NCBI GenBank assembly: GCA_964592405.1
Contig: CAZQBY010000010.1
Location: 1-44,973 of the forward strand
Source of the DNA: an uncultured archaeon
GTDB lineage: Archaea; Altiarchaeota; Altiarchaeia; JAFGQM01
Length of the DNA: 44,973 nt
Reading direction: 5' to 3'
Positions within the stretch are counted from its first letter, which is position 1. Each line of letters begins with the position of its first letter. The translations under genes and the position numbers were made by a program. The notes beneath the pieces are model-generated. The model did not search any database, was not told the DNA's origin, and saw only the letters and a program-made list of their open reading frames with translations. This document shows positions 40,978 through 44,973 of the stretch, piece by piece.

Positions 40978-41471
40978 TTCTCTTCCCCAAGCTTCTTCTT
41001 GAGATATCTGAGTATATCCAGTTCGGAGACAAAGCCTATTGGCCTATTCTTGTCATCAACAACCTCTAGGGTCCGGACTTCAGTTTCTAACATTATCTTG
41101 GCAGCATCTACAATCTTTGTGTCATACTTTATCTTTATATCATTGGTTTTCATGATATCTGCCACAGTCTTACCAGTCCGTTGTATCAGGTCCTTTATGC
41201 CCTCAGGACCTAGGACATGCTCTTCACCCACATATTTGGCAGGCACAGCAAGCTTGAGGAGCTCGTGCTGGTTGACCTCACCTATTATCCTCCCTCTGCC
41301 GTCTATCACAGGAAAGACCATGTCTGGATTCTTGATGAAGATGTCAATGGCTCTGCTTAAGGAGTCTGTTTTTTTCAGAGAGGCAAACCTCTTTCTCATA
41401 ATATCTCTTACAGTGGTTTCCATCTTGGGCTCTCTAATAATTAAAGTTGAGTGAATAAAAAGATTGAGCAC
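40974..41471 (-). CDS. CBS-domain pair protein, probably coupled to the antiporter
   Basis: Two CBS motifs (VRDIMRKRFASL...; VADIMKTNDIKI...). The likely true start is METTVRD, with ATG at about 41421-41423. The stop overlaps the antiporter start by 4 nt. Confidence 0.8.
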   Translation of the reverse strand: MLNLFIHSTLIIREPKMETTVRDIMRKRFASLKKTDSLSRAIDIFIKNPDMVFPVIDGRGRIIGEVNQHELLKLAVPAKYVGEEHVLGPEGIKDLIQRTGKTVADIMKTNDIKIKYDTKIVDAAKIMLETEVRTLEVVDDKNRPIGFVSELDILRYLKKKLGEEK

Positions 41472-41523
41472 AAAATCTGTCTCCTATCATACAGGCAATT
41501 GGGATATATGCATGGCAAGATGA

Positions 41524-41540
41524 GACGCCCCGGCCGGAAT
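41524..41540. repeat. 17-nt direct repeat of the tRNA 3' end (GACGCCCCGGCCGGAAT, identical to 41616-41632)
   Basis: The exact 17-mer includes 2 nt beyond the tRNA discriminator and lies 75 nt from the tRNA 3' end. The intervening sequence forms a long hairpin, CAAGGT...ACCTTG. Confidence 0.65.
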
Positions 41541-41617
41541 GGCAAGGTGGACATGATCTCTAGGCATATGACCTTGGCATAAGGCCGGGTTCCACGGTCA
41601 CGCTAAGACAAGTAGGA

Positions 41618-41736
41618 CGCCCCGGCCGGAATTCGAATCCGGGTCACGGCCTTTTCCTGCAGTCCCTTGGAGGTGAAGCACCTTTTCCAAAGGGGCTCCG
41701 ACAGGGCCGTATGATAGGCCACTACACTACCGGGGC
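41618..41736 (-). tRNA. tRNA gene with a putative intron of about 40 nt (anticodon uncertain: loop region GGCCCTGTCGGAG gives CGG/Pro or UCG/Arg)
   Basis: On the minus strand, the 5' acceptor GCCCCGG is at 41736-41730 and the D-arm is GTGT-AGTGGCCTATC-ATAC. The T-arm is CCGGA-TTCGAAT-TCCGG, the 3' acceptor CCGGGGC is at 41625-41619 with discriminator G, and CCA is not encoded. At 119 nt the gene is too long without an insertion. The insert has an internal hairpin, AGGTG-CTTC-ACCT. Confidence 0.6.
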
Positions 41737-41797
41737 AAGACACTCAAAGGCTTCTGTTTCAAGAAGCTGGGATATTTGCTGTAAGAAATATAAAAAG

Positions 41798-42346
41798 CTA
41801 TTTATTGGCGTACCATTCGCAGAACTTCCTTATCGACTGCGCGCGATGCGATACCTTGGATTTATAATTGAGGTCTTCTCCAAAAGTGAGCTCTCTTCCT
41901 TCAGGTATGAAAATTGGATCATAACCAAATCCGCTTGTCCCTCTGGGACTGTTTGGTATCCTGCCCTTAACCTCTCCAAGAAAGGTCTTGACCTCCTTGC
42001 CATCAGTGTAGGCGACAGCGGATTTCATGGTCGCTGAGCGGTTGGTCTGGCCCTCCATGACCTTCAGCACGCCGTTCACCCCTATGGTGTGAAAGACGAA
42101 GGCGGAGTAGGTTCCCGGAAAACCCCTCAGGGCATCTATGAACAGGCCAGAGTCCTCAACGATGAGTGGTTTTCCAATATTTGCATAGGCATCCTTGGCG
42201 CTCTCTATGGCTATTTCCACTGGGTCGTTTGAGCGTATTTCAACCGCATCATAATCTTTGGCTATGAACTCAATGTTATAGTGTGCAGCAATCTCCTCAG
42301 CCTCTTTCATCTTTCCCTTGTTGGTGGTAACAAAGAAGATTTCCAT
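41798..42346 (-). CDS. Non-canonical purine NTP pyrophosphatase (Ham1/ITPase/RdgB family)
   Basis: MEIFFVTTNKGKMKEAEEI, VEDSGLFIDALRGFPGTYSA and GFGYDPIFIPEG. Confidence 0.9.
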   Translation of the reverse strand: MEIFFVTTNKGKMKEAEEIAAHYNIEFIAKDYDAVEIRSNDPVEIAIESAKDAYANIGKPLIVEDSGLFIDALRGFPGTYSAFVFHTIGVNGVLKVMEGQTNRSATMKSAVAYTDGKEVKTFLGEVKGRIPNSPRGTSGFGYDPIFIPEGRELTFGEDLNYKSKVSHRAQSIRKFCEWYANK

Positions 42347-42432
42347 AGCGCTTGTTATTATGTTGGTCTATAAAAGTCCGAGGCTATAATATCATGTGCG
42401 CAGTATTGTATAGTAAATCGCATATCCGAGAG

Positions 42433-44019
42433 TTACATATATCGACCGCGTTTCTCAGCCTGCTCTAAGCGCCTGAGGACCTCCGACCTGCCATATCCCT
42501 TCAGAACATTTGCCCATAGTTCATGAACCTTGGCCGGATGGTTTGCATTGAGAGCCTTCTTCAGCAGGAGGAGATCTGTGGCTTTGTCCTCAGTTTTCCT
42601 AGATGTTCCGCCAAGCCCGAAGTCTATAAAATACAGCTCACCATCCCTGACGATGATGTTAGATGTGGTCAAGTCGCCATGTATTATATTCTGTTCATGG
42701 AGCTTTCTGACAAACGAACCCACCTTCACAGCCAGTTCGGGATTGGATTCAATCTCCCTGTATAGTGGTCTGCCGTTTATGTATTCCATTACAAATGTAT
42801 AATTTTCCCTTCTCACATCAAAGACCTCCGGTGTTGGGACTCCTGCTGTGCGCGCACTGTTGAGCAGTTTTGGCTCTCTGGCTGTCCGCAATTTACGTAT
42901 CCCAGTATCTATCTCTTTAATCCTGTATGCTTTCTCAATCCTCCTCTTCACCATTCTGCCATCCTCCAAGGTCAACACAGCCTCGGCGCCCTTCCACCTC
43001 CCCGGAGTCTCCGGCCTGGAGCCTTGTCTTGTCTTAGCCCAGCTTATCACCACCTGGTCGGTCCGGAAGTTCTGGTTGGTCCGGGTTTCTTCTATCTTAT
43101 GCCTTACGCCGCTCTTGTACATCACGAGCCCGGTCCACGCTATCATCACGCCGTTGTCGCCGCAGTAGCCCTTTGGCACGGAAAAGGACGCGTCGTTGTC
43201 CTTGGCCATTATATCCAACATCTCCTGGAGCCTCTTGTTGTTGGCGACGCCCCCCGTCAGCAAAAGACAGTCGGACTTGAGGTGGCATAGCGCGCGCTCA
43301 GTGGCCTCGGTCATCATCGCGAAGGAGGTCTCTTGGAGAGAATAGCACACGTCCTCGATGCTGTTGTCCTGCAGCTTCTTCAGTGATTCGGTGTATATCC
43401 CGGAGAAGGACAAGTCGTTGCCCTTGACAACGTATGGCAGCTGGATGTAATTCTCCCCTTTGCGCGCAAGCTCCTCGATTTTCGGGCCGGCCGGATGCGC
43501 AAGCCCCGCCTTTCTGCCAAATTTGTCCAGCATGTTGCCGACGCCGATGTCCAGTGTCTCGCCGAAGACGCGGTAGCGCATGTCCTTGAACATGAGTATC
43601 TGCGTGTTGCCGCCCGACACATAGAGCACGAGCGGCTGGACCCAGCCGGGGTATTCTTTCCTAGCGAGCATGTTGCCTATCTCTATGTGCGCCACACAGT
43701 GGTTCACGCCGATAATAGGCACATCCAAGAAAAGTGCCAGTGCACGTGCACCCACACCAACGTTTGCCAGACATGCTCCCAGTCCCGGACCTTGGGAGAA
43801 AGAAACCAGATTTATATCCTCTCTTTCTATCCCTGCCTCTTTTAGGGCCTCCCTTACAGCCGGGCCAAAATTATCGGCTATGTATCTGGAAGCCTCTCTT
43901 GGGTGGATTCCTCCCTCTCTTGGAGAATAGGTTCTTCTAACATCAGCCAGGATGTTTCCATCATCAACTATACCAATCCCTAGCGTGTGCGCTGTTCCTT
44001 CAATGCCTAGAGAAATCAC
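42433..44019 (-). CDS. kae1-bud32: Kae1-Bud32 fusion protein (tRNA t6A37 threonylcarbamoyltransferase fused to the Bud32 kinase/ATPase)
   Basis: The N-terminus is GIEGTAHTLGIGIV...GVNHCVAHIEIG (Kae1 metal-binding HxxH). The C-terminus is HGDLTTSNIIV...DFGLG (Bud32 catalytic loop and DFG). Confidence 0.9.
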   Translation of the reverse strand: MISLGIEGTAHTLGIGIVDDGNILADVRRTYSPREGGIHPREASRYIADNFGPAVREALKEAGIEREDINLVSFSQGPGLGACLANVGVGARALALFLDVPIIGVNHCVAHIEIGNMLARKEYPGWVQPLVLYVSGGNTQILMFKDMRYRVFGETLDIGVGNMLDKFGRKAGLAHPAGPKIEELARKGENYIQLPYVVKGNDLSFSGIYTESLKKLQDNSIEDVCYSLQETSFAMMTEATERALCHLKSDCLLLTGGVANNKRLQEMLDIMAKDNDASFSVPKGYCGDNGVMIAWTGLVMYKSGVRHKIEETRTNQNFRTDQVVISWAKTRQGSRPETPGRWKGAEAVLTLEDGRMVKRRIEKAYRIKEIDTGIRKLRTAREPKLLNSARTAGVPTPEVFDVRRENYTFVMEYINGRPLYREIESNPELAVKVGSFVRKLHEQNIIHGDLTTSNIIVRDGELYFIDFGLGGTSRKTEDKATDLLLLKKALNANHPAKVHELWANVLKGYGRSEVLRRLEQAEKRGRYM

Positions 44020-44448
44020 GTAACTTTAGACAAATGTCAATATAAAACCTCTTGGTGTAAAATGGGGGCATTCGCCCCCGATAATGCCCAGGTCTGTCTT
44101 CCTCTTTGTTTTCACCCCCCTTTGTTTTTTCCTGACATGGGACTTTGGAGCCGAAAAAGGGCGCACGGGCCTGTGGACCCCCAGCCACAAGCCCCGACCA
44201 GCGCCGCCCAATAACCAACGGAGTCAGGCAAAGCTGAAGGAAGGAACCACCGAGATCTCCGGGGAGACCCCGACGATAACCTCTTCAGATCCCACAACCA
44301 CATTTTCGGATTGGTGCTTATTATTAAAGACTATCACACATCTCGTTATGGTTTCCATGTGGAGTATAGAAAGAGACTATTAAAATGGCTGATGGAGGCA
44401 CATGAGCGGTGAGCAGTGGCGCATAATGCGGGTTTTTAGTGAGCAGTG

Positions 44449-44958
44449 CTACCTTCTCCGCTCTTTTTGATACTCCGAGTAGGAATACCAGACCGTGTAG
44501 GCGCCCGTGAATATTACCGGACCCAGGATGAATAGGGCCATCATGCTGGGTACTACAAGACTGAGAAGTATTATAACAGCCGATATCTTGAACATTTTAC
44601 CAGCCAGCTTGTTGGTCTTGTCCCAGACGGCGTCGCTGCTCATGGTCCAGGGCGTTCTGACCCCTATGAACCAGTTCTTCTCGGCGTGCGCGCACAATAC
44701 CCCCACGTAGTAGAAGAGAACGGCGAAGAGCGGCGGAAGCACGAGTGCAAAACTAACCTTTATCCCGATGTTCCATAGTATCATGACAATCTGGACCGCC
44801 AGCAGGAACAAAAAGAGCAGGATTATGAAGTTGTCGTAGTACGGCCTGAACTTCTCGATGTTCTTCTTGAGAGGGTCTATGTCTGGTATCTTCACAAACA
44901 GGAGGGCGAATAAGGCGAGCAGGGTGGGTATCAGGAACAGCCCCCACTCTTTCGACAT
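44449..44958 (-). CDS. SdpI/YhfL-family membrane protein
   Basis: 4-5 TM helices and the family signature NWFIGVRTPWTMSSDAVWDKTN. Confidence 0.65.
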   Translation of the reverse strand: MSKEWGLFLIPTLLALFALLFVKIPDIDPLKKNIEKFRPYYDNFIILLFLFLLAVQIVMILWNIGIKVSFALVLPPLFAVLFYYVGVLCAHAEKNWFIGVRTPWTMSSDAVWDKTNKLAGKMFKISAVIILLSLVVPSMMALFILGPVIFTGAYTVWYSYSEYQKERRR

Positions 44959-44973
44959 ATAGCCGTCCGGCTC

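Noticed and set aside
41480-41617. A second tRNA gene downstream of the annotated tRNA
   Set aside because: Only the terminal 17 nt match tRNA sequence. The rest forms one long hairpin with no D-arm or anticodon-arm organisation, so it is more likely a direct-repeat remnant or trailer structure.

Overview
This window reads as an archaeal chromosomal segment of about 50% GC, dense with information-processing genes. Both the gene order and the protein motifs support that.

The recognisable genes, left to right:
- An ACT-domain/UPF0210 pair, with the UPF0210 gene running off the left edge.
- Pelota.
- A Hel308 (Ski2-like) helicase interrupted by a LAGLIDADG intein at motif VI.
- Triosephosphate isomerase, a DUF373-like membrane protein and an SPFH/stomatin protein.
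- trpB and trpA, then ndk.
- The RNA polymerase cluster rpoH, rpoB (unsplit), rpoA' and rpoA''.
- A cupin-type phosphoglucose isomerase.
- Pyruvate phosphate dikinase.
- A GNAT acetyltransferase, a polytopic membrane protein and an XPD helicase.
- TFB.
- A CPA2 antiporter with a CBS-domain partner.
- An intron-containing tRNA.
- Ham1/ITPase, a Kae1-Bud32 fusion and an SdpI/YhfL-like membrane protein.

The parts these genes do not explain are the interesting ones.
- The rpoH-B-A'-A'' cluster is not followed by the usual L30e-nusA-S12-S7 genes. Instead there is an ~8.3 kb block (about 21.7-29.8 kb) made almost entirely of uncharacterised genes. It holds a 499-aa orphan protein and a divergently transcribed acidic coiled-coil protein followed by three small membrane proteins. 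A convergent operon then encodes a Cys-repeat surface protein with a cytoplasmic zinc ribbon, two small Gly/Met-tailed membrane proteins and a CxxCxxCC (YkgJ-like) protein. This looks like a membrane-associated module with no assignable function.
- Two tandem, GC-rich, highly basic paralogous genes lie between pelota and Hel308 (2790-4263). They share a near-identical HHLHLSRAGTKPETH core, and their differences sit at synonymous positions, which argues for real coding genes.
- A ~550-nt GC-rich stretch (about 32700-33300) has no convincing ORF and may be a structured RNA. It is followed by a 46-aa zinc-ribbon mini-ORF that is absent from the ORF track.
- The tRNA carries a 17-nt direct repeat of its 3' end about 75 nt downstream.
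- Short A-rich tandem repeats occupy three intergenic regions.
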